64,000 nt of DNA from a bacterium. GTDB lineage: Bacteria > UBA8248 > JACPRG01 > G963555815. A program made the position numbers and the translations under genes. This document shows, piece by piece, positions 1-8,961 of this stretch. Location: contig OZ244653.1 in assembly GCA_965218795.1 (NCBI GenBank), positions 3,680,001 to 3,744,000 on the forward strand, read 5' to 3'. Within the stretch, counting starts at the first letter, position 1. The number at the start of each line of letters is the position of its first letter. Below the pieces are notes generated by a model. That model was not told the DNA's origin. It was given only the letters and a program-made list of their open reading frames with translations, and did no database searches.

Positions 1-41
1 CAGGCCGGGCGAATGCCTGGCCGGGCAGGGCGGCCATTGAA

Positions 42-67
42 GGGCGGGTACGGAGCCCCGCCCCTAC
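42..67 (-). repeat. GTAG-type REP hairpin
   Basis: Reverse complement reads GTAGGGGCGGGGCTCCGTACCCGCCC: GTAG foot plus GC-rich hairpin. Confidence 0.6.
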
Positions 68-128
68 GGGGCCGCTCGCTGAGCGGCGGGCCATTGCCGC
101 CCGGTTTCGATGGGCCTTCGGCCCCGCC

Positions 129-231
129 TGGATTCCTGTTGCAGCCTGCCCTCGAATGTCTTAGTCGAGGGCAGGAATGACAGACTATTGTGCGCGGGCC
201 TCGTTCGTCATTCCTGCGCAAGCAGGAATCC
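129..231. repeat. Inverted pair of GTCATTCC(C/T)GC..GC(A/G)GGAATCC REP-like repeats
   Basis: gtcattcctgcgcaagcaggaatcc at 207-231; inverted composite copy ending ggaatgac at 182. Confidence 0.75.
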
Positions 232-262
232 ACTTCCCCCCTTCTGATCCAACGAATTACGT

Positions 263-642
263 GGGGGGGAGATTTTGGGCACTTGCGCGCCGGCCATTTC
301 GCGGATGAGGATCTTTCTGAGAATCATGGCCTCTGCGGCGCACGTCCATGCGACAGCTTGATGAGCAGGCATGCAAGTGCATAAATTGGGGGGACATTTT
401 GAAAAATGTCCCCCCAAACCCCCCTCAAAAACTTTCATCTCGCGATGTTCATTTCGCGATGGAGGATCGCCCATGTTCATGGGCGATCCTCCATCGCAGC
501 AGTTTTCCTCATGGTTCATGTTCCGCGCCGGCAGACCTGTGGTCAGCAGACCCGCCTACGCCGCGAGCAGGCCGAGCATTGGCTCGGCCGTCGAAAGTTT
601 CTCGGGGGGTGAGGGGGGCGGCTTTTCAAAGAAGCCCCCCTC
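263..642. repeat. Structured ~350-380 bp dispersed repeat, copy 1 (inverted relative to 3294-3607)
   Basis: Long blocks match the reverse complement of 3294-3607, e.g. gcaggcatgcaagtgca and ggctcggccgtcgaaagttt; contains TTTTGAAAA/TTTTCAAA-cored hairpins. Confidence 0.85.
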
Positions 643-1053
643 TGACTTGACCCTTCGCTCCGCTTCAGGCCGGCTTCAGAGTGCCCCCCGTTCCCCAAGG
701 AGCCTGTTCGGCGTCTGTGGATCCCTTCCAAAGCCAAAAGCCAAATAAAAAGTCCAAGCTATTCCTTGAAAATTTGGCTTTGTTTGGTCCTTTTTTTAAT
801 GTTTCGGCCCTCATTGGAACGCGGATTCACTCCCCCATCGAACATCAGTCACGCGCATTCCAACCCATCTCGATTCCACCATTCCCCCCTTTTTCTTCCG
901 CCAAGCCGTCTTTGAGGATCGAATATTGGCCCTTATTAAACGAAAGTCAATCGAAAATACGATCTGCATTTGAAAAAATCGGCGAAGAAATTCGGGTCAG
1001 AGGCGAACTGGTATGCTGAAAAGACGCCCGGAGATGATCGGCTAAAGCAGGGA

Positions 1054-2214
1054 TTACCCGACCGGCTTTCTCGGCAACGAAGCGGTTCCCGCCATGCACA
1101 CAAAGACAACCACCAACACCAGGACCCAGCTCGCCGTGAAGCTGTCGGTCAGGTCATGAACCAGACCCATCAGGAACGGGCCGACAAAGGCGCCCGCATA
1201 TCCCACCAGGAAGTTCGCCCCGGCGACGCTCCCGACTTTGTGAGGCTCCACGTAATCCAGCGGCAACGCGAAGTTCATCGCGAAAACGCCCCCTGAAGCG
1301 AGCCCCATAATCACGAAATTCGTTTGGGGCGCTTTCAAGGGAAAGAAAATCATCCCCAGCAACGTCAATAGAAGAATGAAGTTCGAGAAAATCAGGGTTC
1401 CCCTTCGACCGCCAACCCGGTCGGATAGGTAAGGGAGACCCAGGCTGGAAGGCAAGGCCATCAGGATGAAGAGGGTCAGGAGCAAAGCGCCCCCCTCCAG
1501 ATTCATACCGAGCTCATGATAGTAGGTCGGCGTCCATGTGATCACGCAATAAAAGAAGATATTGTGCGTCAGGAAGAGCGTGTTCAGCTTCCAGACGGTC
1601 TTGTCCCGCCAAATCTCAGCCAGTTGAGGGGCCCTTCCGCCGTGCGCGGGAGGGGTTGGACGGGCCAAAATCACCCATCCCAGCAGGGTGAAAAACGCAA
1701 CGCCGCCCCACACCATGAACGTTCCCCGCCAAGACCCCGACCACTGGAGGAGATAGGGCACGGTCAGCCATGAGCCCAACGTGGCGCCGATGACAAAGCC
1801 GGTGGTGTTGATTCCCGTCGCCGTTCCCGGCATGTCGGAAAAATGGTCTTTGACCATCCGTGTCAGGCCCGGAGTCGCGATACCCACCCCGAAGCCCAAC
1901 AGGGCGGTCCAGATCACCAGGGACAAGTACCCGCTCACCATCGCCCGGAACAGACCTCCCACCAAAATGGCGAGCATTCCCAGGGTGAGGGCGCGCTTCA
2001 CGCCTTTGGTGTCCGCAAGCCATCCCCCCGGCAGGCCGAAAATCGCCATCATCACGGTGGGGATGCTGAAAAGGAATCCCGCTTCCGCGTAGCTGAGACC
2101 CAGGTCGGTTTTAATGAGGGGCAGGATCGGGGAGACTCCTAAAACGCTCGCGCGCATATTCAAGGCCACGCACCACGTCAAGGCAAGAAGGAACCAACGA
2201 TTCTGTGTCGGCAA
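1054..2214 (-). CDS. MFS transporter, CynX/NimT-like
   Basis: About 12 TM segments, ALNMR..GVSPILP and GGWLADTKG/LSDRVG loop motifs; TTG start at 2214 with GAGGAAG RBS (the ORF-track extension runs through repeat DNA). Confidence 0.85.
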   Translation of the reverse strand: MPTQNRWFLLALTWCVALNMRASVLGVSPILPLIKTDLGLSYAEAGFLFSIPTVMMAIFGLPGGWLADTKGVKRALTLGMLAILVGGLFRAMVSGYLSLVIWTALLGFGVGIATPGLTRMVKDHFSDMPGTATGINTTGFVIGATLGSWLTVPYLLQWSGSWRGTFMVWGGVAFFTLLGWVILARPTPPAHGGRAPQLAEIWRDKTVWKLNTLFLTHNIFFYCVITWTPTYYHELGMNLEGGALLLTLFILMALPSSLGLPYLSDRVGGRRGTLIFSNFILLLTLLGMIFFPLKAPQTNFVIMGLASGGVFAMNFALPLDYVEPHKVGSVAGANFLVGYAGAFVGPFLMGLVHDLTDSFTASWVLVLVVVFVCMAGTASLPRKPVG

Positions 2215-2357
2215 GGGTTTCGACTTCCTCGTTGATGACGGATTGATTTGTGAACGAAGAACAGGAAGATCCAACGTAAATATTATCGCACACGCCGAAG
2301 CAAAGGATCTTATCGATTGATGCGAGGAGGAAGTCTCGGTCTGCTGGTCTGCCAATT

Positions 2358-2620
2358 GAGGAAATAGAAAACTTCTGGAGGGGCATTTTGGAAATTGCTC
2401 CTCCATGCCTCCTGACGCCGTCCTTCGGGATCGTACGTAACACGCACGATCCCGAAGAGGAAAGTTGTTGCGATGGGGCGCGAAGCGCGCCATCGCGAAA
2501 TGGAAGTTTTCGAAGGGGGGTTTTAGGGGGGAGCAGTTTTCAAAATGTTCCCCCCTGAAAGTCTCTGAAACTGTCTATTCTCACCACTCCGGTAATAGAT
2601 TGATCGGCATGACGATTGCG
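2358..2620 (+). repeat. Direct repeat of 3275-3670 (repeat element, promoter region and first glcD codons)
   Basis: Shared start gaggaaatagaaaacttctggaggggcattttg; shared end caaaatgttcccccctgaaagtctctgaaa...atagattgat..catg.cgattgcg. Confidence 0.85.
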
Positions 2621-2670
2621 AAGGACCTGAATGAGAGAATATATTCTTGTCTTCCTACGAGGAGGTACGC

Positions 2671-3258
2671 ATGAACGATGAAACCGATCCCAGGAGTTCC
2701 AGTGGAGGCAGAGGTGAGTTGATCGCCTATGTTGTGGCGGACTGTAAGGCGAGCGATACGCTGGTCCACGAAGTCGTCGGATATCAGGAGATCATGAAGA
2801 ACGAGGATGAGTATCCGGGACAAAGCGCGGGCCAAACCAAACCCGAGATGATCGGCGCAAACCAGACATTCTACGTCGACGAGCCGCCGATCCTCGGCGG
2901 GGAAGGCAAATATCCCCAGCCGCTCACCTACGTGGCCGGAGGCATCGGTGCCTGACTGCTCACCCAGGTGAAGCGGTTCGCTTCGATGATGAAGATCAAG
3001 CTGAACGCCGCAAGCGTCCGGGTGGAAATGGATTACTTTCGCAGCGGGTCGGTCCTCCGGGGAGACATGACAAGCGGCTGCCGGGAGGTCCGCACGTTTT
3101 TCGAAATTGAATCCGACGCGCCCAAAGATGAGCTACGCCAACTCGTCCGAAACGCCAAAGGCGGATGCTTCGCCGAAAACATGGTCCAGACAGCAGTCTC
3201 GCTCAAAAGCGTCATCACTGTGAACGGAGAAAAACTGGATCCTTCCGAGCTCAAGTGA
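2671..3258 (+). CDS. OsmC/Ohr-like selenoprotein (Sec at UGA 2953-2955)
   Basis: Two ORFs are in frame across a single TGA: DEPPILGGEGKYPQPLTYVAGGIGA-U-LLTQVKR...AKGGCFAE. TGA is at the first OsmC Cys position; RBS GAGGAGG; hairpin downstream. Confidence 0.85.
2970..2984 (+). promoter_or_regulatory. Putative bacterial SECIS element
   Basis: GAAGCG-GTT-CGCTTC stem-loop starting 14 nt after the UGA, with G at the start of the loop. Confidence 0.7.
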
Positions 3259-3274
3259 TCGTACAACTTTACAG

Positions 3275-3670
3275 GAGGAAATAGAAAACTTCTGGAGGGG
3301 CATTTTGAAAATTGCCCCTCCAGGCCTCCCGCAAAAACTTTCGACGGCCGAGCGAATGTTCGGCCTGCTCGCGGCGGCGTCTTGCAGCTATTCGCCAGTC
3401 CTGCCGCGCGGAACATGAACAATGAGGAAAGTTGTTGCGATGGGGCGCGAAGCGCGCCATCGCGAGAGGACACATCGTGTCAGCTTGATGCACTTGCATG
3501 CCTGCTCATCAAGCAATCGCATGGACGTGCGCCACAGAGGCCATGAGTCTGAGAAAGATTCTCATCCGCGAAATGGCCGGCACGCAAGCGCCCAAAATGT
3601 TCCCCCCTGAAAGTCTCTGAAATTGTCTACTCACCACTTCGGTGATAGATTGATTCCCATGGCGATTGCG
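3275..3670 (+). repeat. Structured dispersed repeat, copy 2, plus glcD upstream region
   Basis: Inverted match to 263-642; direct match to 2358-2620. Confidence 0.85.
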
Positions 3671-5053
3671 GAAGTCTTACTCGACCGGTTGCGGGAGATG
3701 TTCCCGGCGGAACGGGTCCTCGAGGCCATCGAGGAGCGGATCACCTACGCGCGGGACGGCACCCAGCGGGCCGAATCCGTCCCGGACGTCGTCGTGCGCG
3801 CCGTCTCGGCCGACGAGGTGGAGGCGATCGTCCGCTTCGCCCACGAAGAAGAAATCCCCATCACGCCGCGCGGCGCGGGGACCAGTACCACCGGCGGGGC
3901 TATCCCCGTCCGGCAGGGGATCCTCCTCGACCTCACGGCCATGAACAGGATCAAGGAGATCGACGAGGCCAACCTCCTGGCGGTGGTTCAACCGGGGTTG
4001 ATCACGGCCCGGTTTCAGGCCGAGGTGGAGAAGCGGGGGCTCTTTTACCCGCCGGACCCGGCCAGCAGGTCGGCGTGCACCTTGGGCGGTAACGCAGCCA
4101 TGTGCGCGGGCGGGCCCCGAGGGGTGAAGTACGGCGTCACGAAGGACTACGTCATCGGCCTGGAAGCCGTCACGCCGGCCTTCGGCCGGATTCGCACGGG
4201 CGTGCGGACGGTGAAGGGCGTAGTCGGCTACGACCTCACGAAGCTCCTGGTGGGCTCGGAGGGAACGCTGGGCGTCATCACGGAGATGACCCTGCGGCTC
4301 ATCCCGAAGCCCGAGGCCACGGGTCTGATGCTGGCGGCCTTTCCCGGCCTCCTGGCCGCTTCGGAGACGGTGTCGCGGATCATCGCCGCCCGCATCATTC
4401 CCTCCACACTGGAGTTTCTCGACAAGCATTGCATCCGGGCGGCGGAGCACCACCTCCACGCGGGTCTGCCGCTGGACGCCGAAGCCCTGCTCCTCATCCA
4501 GGTGGACGGCCCGAAGGAGTCCATCGCGCCCCAGCTTGAGCGCATTCGGGAAATCTGCCGCGGGAGGGGGGCCGCCCCGATCCGCGTTGCGGAAACCCCC
4601 GAGGAGGCGGCCGCGTTGATGACGGTCCGGACGAGCCTGGCGAACGCGATCCTCCACATTCAGCCGACGAAGATCAACGAGGATATCGCGGTGCCGCGCT
4701 CGCGTATTCCGGAGATGATCCAGCGGCTCCAGGAAATCGGCGACCGAAGGGGCCACTTGATCATCACGTTCGGACACGCCGGAGACGGCAACCTGCACGT
4801 GAACGTGATGACGGATGAACGAGACGCGGAGAAAATGGCCAGCGCCATGGAGGCCGTGCGGGATATCTTTGAATCAACGGTCGAGATGGACGGCACGCTG
4901 TCGGGCGAGCACGGGATCGGGATCACGAAGTCGGAGTACCTGCCCCTGGAACAACCCCCCCACCTTATCGAGCTTCAAAAACAAATCAAGGCGGTCTTCG
5001 ATCCCCATCACATCATGAACCCCGGCAAGATCTTCTGGCCGGTAAAGCATTGA
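3659..5053 (+). CDS. glcD: FAD-linked oxidase, GlcD/D-lactate dehydrogenase family
   Basis: PRGAGT, FYPPDPAS, GYDLTKLLVGSEGTLG, HAGDGNLH, SGEHGIG, MNPGK motifs. Confidence 0.9.
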   Translation: MAIAEVLLDRLREMFPAERVLEAIEERITYARDGTQRAESVPDVVVRAVSADEVEAIVRFAHEEEIPITPRGAGTSTTGGAIPVRQGILLDLTAMNRIKEIDEANLLAVVQPGLITARFQAEVEKRGLFYPPDPASRSACTLGGNAAMCAGGPRGVKYGVTKDYVIGLEAVTPAFGRIRTGVRTVKGVVGYDLTKLLVGSEGTLGVITEMTLRLIPKPEATGLMLAAFPGLLAASETVSRIIAARIIPSTLEFLDKHCIRAAEHHLHAGLPLDAEALLLIQVDGPKESIAPQLERIREICRGRGAAPIRVAETPEEAAALMTVRTSLANAILHIQPTKINEDIAVPRSRIPEMIQRLQEIGDRRGHLIITFGHAGDGNLHVNVMTDERDAEKMASAMEAVRDIFESTVEMDGTLSGEHGIGITKSEYLPLEQPPHLIELQKQIKAVFDPHHIMNPGKIFWPVKH

Positions 5054-5155
5054 GAAAACAGCGGGTTCCGCGCAGAAGGATTGGCGAGCAGGCGTAACGC
5101 CATCGCCGCGGGCAGGCCCGGTTGCACCGGGCCGTCAAAAGTTTTTGGGGGAGGT

Positions 5156-5187
5156 CTGAAGGGGCAATTTTCAAATTGCCCCTTCAG
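5156..5187. repeat. TTTTCAAA-core hairpin repeat between convergent genes
   Basis: ctgaaggggcaattttcaaattgccccttcag; same family as the hairpins at 388, 611, 2377, 2526 and 3294. Confidence 0.7.
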
Positions 5188-5194
5188 TGGTTTT

Positions 5195-5794
5195 TCATTT
5201 CCGAATCACCACCCAGAGACCGTGTCTTTTGTCCAGCCGTGATTTTTCCCAGACACCGGCTTCTCGGGCGAAGGCTTCCGCTTCCTCATGGCTCACCACC
5301 TTTTTGCCGAGTTGTCGGTTGAGGTCGCGGGCTTCCGCCGCGATCTTATCGATTTCCTCGTTCGGGGCGGTTGCGCCGAAGCCTCCCCCGATGAAGGCCG
5401 CGCCGCCCGGCTTGAGAACCCGATGTCCTTCCCGGAGGAGTTTCACGGAGTCCCAGATGAAGAAGAGCGCGCCGCGGAAATAGACCAGGTCGAAAGTCTC
5501 ATCTTCGTAAGGCAGGGCTTCCACGTCGGCTTCATCCAGCTTCACCTTTTGCAGGACCCCGGCTTGGCCGAGGTAATCCTCGAAGTGGGGACGAAGGCCC
5601 GGCGTATTGTCGCCGATGGTGATCTCCAAGTCCGGCGCGCATTCAAGGAGCGCCGCGGAGATACCGGGCGCGTAGGGGCCCATTTCCAGCGTCCGACCGG
5701 AGGTGCGGCCGTAATCGTCCAGGATTTGTCGGGCGATGTACGGATAGAAATCCTTGTACATCCAGTTGACCGTGATGATGTCGTTCAGCTCCAT
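5195..5794 (-). CDS. Class I SAM-dependent methyltransferase
   Basis: LEMGPYAPG motif I variant, ADVEALPYEDETFDLV, RVLKPGG. Confidence 0.85.
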   Translation of the reverse strand: MELNDIITVNWMYKDFYPYIARQILDDYGRTSGRTLEMGPYAPGISAALLECAPDLEITIGDNTPGLRPHFEDYLGQAGVLQKVKLDEADVEALPYEDETFDLVYFRGALFFIWDSVKLLREGHRVLKPGGAAFIGGGFGATAPNEEIDKIAAEARDLNRQLGKKVVSHEEAEAFAREAGVWEKSRLDKRHGLWVVIRK

Positions 5795-5899
5795 GGGAGG
5801 CCTTTCTTCGGTGAGGTCGGGTTCATTCTCCCCCGTCGGGGGGTCCGTGTAAGGGTCTCTCGGATTTCGGGGCAACGTCACAGGAGATTCTAACATTGC

Positions 5900-5928
5900 C
5901 TGACATCGGGTTTCGGCCTCCGTATAAT
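5900..5928 (+). promoter_or_regulatory. Sigma70-type promoter for the cupin gene
   Basis: ctgaca-N17-tataat. Confidence 0.55.
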
Positions 5929-5983
5929 GCGGGTTGCGATCATTCCTCGGATGTCATTGTGATTCCAGGACAGGAGAAAAATC

Positions 5984-6511
5984 GTGCAGGTCGATTCGGA
6001 TAAAGTGCAGTACTTCAAAGCGAACGACGGGAGGACCGTGGCGGTGTTTGTCCGCGGGGACCTGGAGGACTATTCCGCGTTTCCGCCGAAGATCGAGACC
6101 GAGGAAGACAAGGCCCACATGGCCCGCCATTACGATCTGTCGAAAATCGACATGGACACCTACACCAAAGCCCATCTCACCGATAACGAGCTCCCCCTGC
6201 AGGTGGTCTTGCTGAACCGGGAATTGGGCTCCAAGGTGAGGCCGCACTATCACAAGGTTCTGTCGCCTGTCTCGGGAGACAGCAAATTCCAGCTCATGAT
6301 GTGCCAGAGGGGGTTGGGGCGCATCGGCGTCTACACGCGGGAAGGGGACCACCTGGGCGACGTGGACCTGAGGCCCTTTGACTTCATTTTGTTGATGGAG
6401 GGCCATTCTATCGAGTTTATCGAGGAGAACACCAAGCTCATCGAGCTCAAGCAGGGCCCCTTCCCGGACGGGGGGGATGCCGAAGACATGGTGGGGTTGG
6501 CCAGAGAGTAG
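5984..6511 (+). CDS. Cupin-fold protein
   Basis: VRPHYH...GHSIEF...IELKQGP cupin pattern; GGAG RBS before GTG. Confidence 0.65.
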   Translation: MQVDSDKVQYFKANDGRTVAVFVRGDLEDYSAFPPKIETEEDKAHMARHYDLSKIDMDTYTKAHLTDNELPLQVVLLNRELGSKVRPHYHKVLSPVSGDSKFQLMMCQRGLGRIGVYTREGDHLGDVDLRPFDFILLMEGHSIEFIEENTKLIELKQGPFPDGGDAEDMVGLARE

Positions 6512-6584
6512 GGCTTTGCCCGCCTCACTTCCGGCGGCGTAAGAGCGGCGAGGTACAACGAGGTACAAGACAATGGGTCAAAGC

Positions 6585-6629
6585 AAAGGGCTCATGGCCC
6601 TCCCGAAAGGGAAGGTCTGAGCCCTTTTT
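6585..6629. terminator. Intrinsic terminator, possibly bidirectional
   Basis: aaagggctca...tccc-gaaa-ggga...tgagcccttttt between convergent genes. Confidence 0.75.
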
Positions 6630-6675
6630 GCCAGCTCAGGAAAGGAAACGCCCTGCGACCGGGGTCGCTCCTTTG

Positions 6676-7089
6676 TTATTTCTTCCTGCGCGACGCGTCC
6701 CGACCGTGATAATGGCAGGCGTTACAGTTATGCAGGATTTGGCCGAGCTTGTTGGTGACGGTTTCCTCGTCGCCCTTGTTCGCGGCGGCAGTGATGTCGG
6801 CGGCCAAGGCCGCAATCGTCCCATGGATTTCCCGGGATTTGGCGGAGAGCCGCTTGATGCCGGAGACATATTTTTCTCTCTTCGAAAGCCCGGCGGAGAT
6901 GTCCGCAACCCTCTTCATGTCGAAAACTGTCAGCGCGGCGACGATGCCCTGAACATCAGCCAAGTTGGCCAGCATGCCCACCCAGACTGCCTTTGGCGTG
7001 TGCTTCTTCATCTGAGCCACAGATGGAGCCGCGACCAAGGCCATAGAAGCGAATGCGGCGACCAGAACAATCGCAAGAATCCTCTTCAT
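6676..7089 (-). CDS. Class II (c'-type) monoheme cytochrome c
   Basis: Sec signal peptide, helical body, single C-terminal CNACH. Confidence 0.8.
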   Translation of the reverse strand: MKRILAIVLVAAFASMALVAAPSVAQMKKHTPKAVWVGMLANLADVQGIVAALTVFDMKRVADISAGLSKREKYVSGIKRLSAKSREIHGTIAALAADITAAANKGDEETVTNKLGQILHNCNACHYHGRDASRRKK

Positions 7090-7336
7090 GGAAGCCCCCT
7101 TCCTTGAGTTTCGACGTTCGTGATGAAAAACTGTTACGAAGTCAACTCGTGTTCAGGCCAAACATTCTAACAGATTCATCCCCTGTCGTCCCATTTTAAT
7201 GGAATGGGTCGAAAATGATTCTGTTCCCGAATCATTGGGTTTTTTGGAGCCGGTCGAGAGAGATAAGGACTCTGCTAGAATATCCTCGACCGTGCCCGGC
7301 AGGACGATTCGGAATTCGAGAGACTTCAGACGATTG

Positions 7337-7807
7337 ATGGGATTCGTCAAGAACATTCGTATCGGTAGAAGAGATTTCTTCTATTGGGGTTTCGCTGCCT
7401 TTGCCGGCCTCGGAATCCTCGCGCTGGTTTCAGGGTTTCTCAGTTATCTTTTTCCGCCAAACCTCCGTAAACGTATCCGTTCTCCCGTGGAAGTCCCCGG
7501 GGCGGATTTCCTCTCCACGGGGCAAACCGAGCAGCTCCTGATTGACGGAGAGCCGGCGCTCTTGCTGAAAGCCGATTCCGGTTACCGCGCCTTCTCGCTG
7601 ACCTGCACCCACCTGGGATGCGTCGTCCGGTGGCGGGGGGGAGAGGAAGGTTCGGATTCGGCCGGCGACAAAAAACCGGGGCGCTTTGCCTGCCCATGTC
7701 ACGGCGGCTTCTTCGATGCGGAGGGGAAGGTCCTTTCCGGCCCTCCGTCCAGACCGCTCGAACGACTCGAGGTCCGCCAGCGGGACGGACGGATCTTCAT
7801 CGTCTAA
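7337..7807 (+). CDS. Rieske 2Fe-2S subunit of a bc-type complex
   Basis: Tat motif GRRDFF plus TM helix; CTHLGC and CPCHGG; GPP..PL. Confidence 0.9.
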   Translation: MGFVKNIRIGRRDFFYWGFAAFAGLGILALVSGFLSYLFPPNLRKRIRSPVEVPGADFLSTGQTEQLLIDGEPALLLKADSGYRAFSLTCTHLGCVVRWRGGEEGSDSAGDKKPGRFACPCHGGFFDAEGKVLSGPPSRPLERLEVRQRDGRIFIV

Positions 7808-7821
7808 CGCGGGGGGCACGC

Positions 7822-8961
7822 GTGGTGGCGCCTCATCATTTGGACGATCGTCCGGCGGACGCCCACCGAACTTCATTGGGAGAAATCCGCGCCTGGATTG
7901 GGGAACTGCGGAATCTGTTCTCCCGCCATTCGGTCCCGCGGGGGCTCCGCGCCTACCACACCCTGGGAGCCGTTCTCCTCACGATTTTCGGCATTCAGGT
8001 TTTGACCGGCGTTCTGCTGATGTTCTACTACCAGCCTTCGCCCGAGCGGGCCCACGCCAGCGTCAGCTTTCTCATGAACCGGGTGAGCTGGGGCTGGGCG
8101 GTGCGGAGCCTCCATCGCTGGGCGGGCGAGGCAATGATCATCGCCGTGTTTCTGCACATGTGCCGGGTATTTTTCACCGGGGCTTTCAAGCGGCCGCGGG
8201 AATCCATCTGGCTGGCCGGGTTCGCCCTGTTGGTCACGATACTCGGGATGGCGTTTACCGGATACCTGCTCCCCTGGGATCAGAAGGCCTACTGGGGGAC
8301 GACCATCGGAGCCCGGATGGTCCACCAGACCCCGCTGCTGGGGGATTTCATCGCGGGCTTGATGAAGGGCGGAAGGCAGGTGGGGGCGGCGACGCTGACC
8401 CGGTTCTTCGCCCTTCACGTCGTCGTATTGCCGGCGGTTATGCTTGCGGCCATCGGGGTTCATCTCGGCCTGATCTACCGGATCGGCGTGGCCGATCCCC
8501 TTCCGAGGCGAAAGGGTCCCGGTGGTCCCGCGGGCCGGATCCCCTACGGACAGTTCATACGGAAGGAAATCCTGGCCGCCCTGCTGACAGGGGCCGTACT
8601 CCTTCTTTGGACGGCGTGGAACCCCGCTCCGCTGGGCGTTCCGGCCGACCCCGCAATCACGCCCGAGCACATCAAGCCGGAGTGGCCCTTCCTGGCCTTT
8701 TACCAGAGCCTGAAGATCTTTCCTTCCGGGGACCTGTTGCCCGGCTTTTCATATCTTCAGCTGGCCCTGGTTCTGCAGGGCCTGCCGTTCGCCCTCATCC
8801 TGTTGGCCCCGTTCCTGGACCGGTCGGAGCACCGTCAGCCCGGCCGCCGAAAAGCTGCGGTGGGCATTGCACTGATTCTCATTCTGGTTTGGGCGGTGTT
8901 CACGTATCTCGGTCATTATGCGGGCGGGACGGAGCCGATCTTTGGTATCGAGGTCTCGTGA
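7822..8961 (+). CDS. Cytochrome b (b6 and subunit IV in one chain)
   Basis: RSLHRW, FLHMCR, FTGYLLPWDQKAYW, RFFALH, IGVH heme ligands; Qo motif reads IKPEWPF. Confidence 0.92.
   Translation: MVAPHHLDDRPADAHRTSLGEIRAWIGELRNLFSRHSVPRGLRAYHTLGAVLLTIFGIQVLTGVLLMFYYQPSPERAHASVSFLMNRVSWGWAVRSLHRWAGEAMIIAVFLHMCRVFFTGAFKRPRESIWLAGFALLVTILGMAFTGYLLPWDQKAYWGTTIGARMVHQTPLLGDFIAGLMKGGRQVGAATLTRFFALHVVVLPAVMLAAIGVHLGLIYRIGVADPLPRRKGPGGPAGRIPYGQFIRKEILAALLTGAVLLLWTAWNPAPLGVPADPAITPEHIKPEWPFLAFYQSLKIFPSGDLLPGFSYLQLALVLQGLPFALILLAPFLDRSEHRQPGRRKAAVGIALILILVWAVFTYLGHYAGGTEPIFGIEVS

Noticed and set aside
660-1050. AT-rich ORF 681-1019 and similar short ORFs in 62500-62980
   Set aside because: No recognisable motifs or RBS; treated as non-coding or degraded DNA.
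2953-2955. Genome-wide UGA reassignment (code 4/25) as the explanation for in-frame TGA
   Set aside because: Many intact genes here end at TGA (glcD, cyt b, shc, vapC), and both read-through sites fall on catalytic Cys positions.
6549-6568. cgaggtacaa x2 tandem repeat
   Set aside because: Two copies of 10 bp in a 3' UTR; most likely simple slippage.
7686-8957. 848-aa giant multiheme protein from the ORF track
   Set aside because: The N-terminal 425 aa overlap cytochrome b in another frame; the real start with a signal peptide is at 8958/8961.
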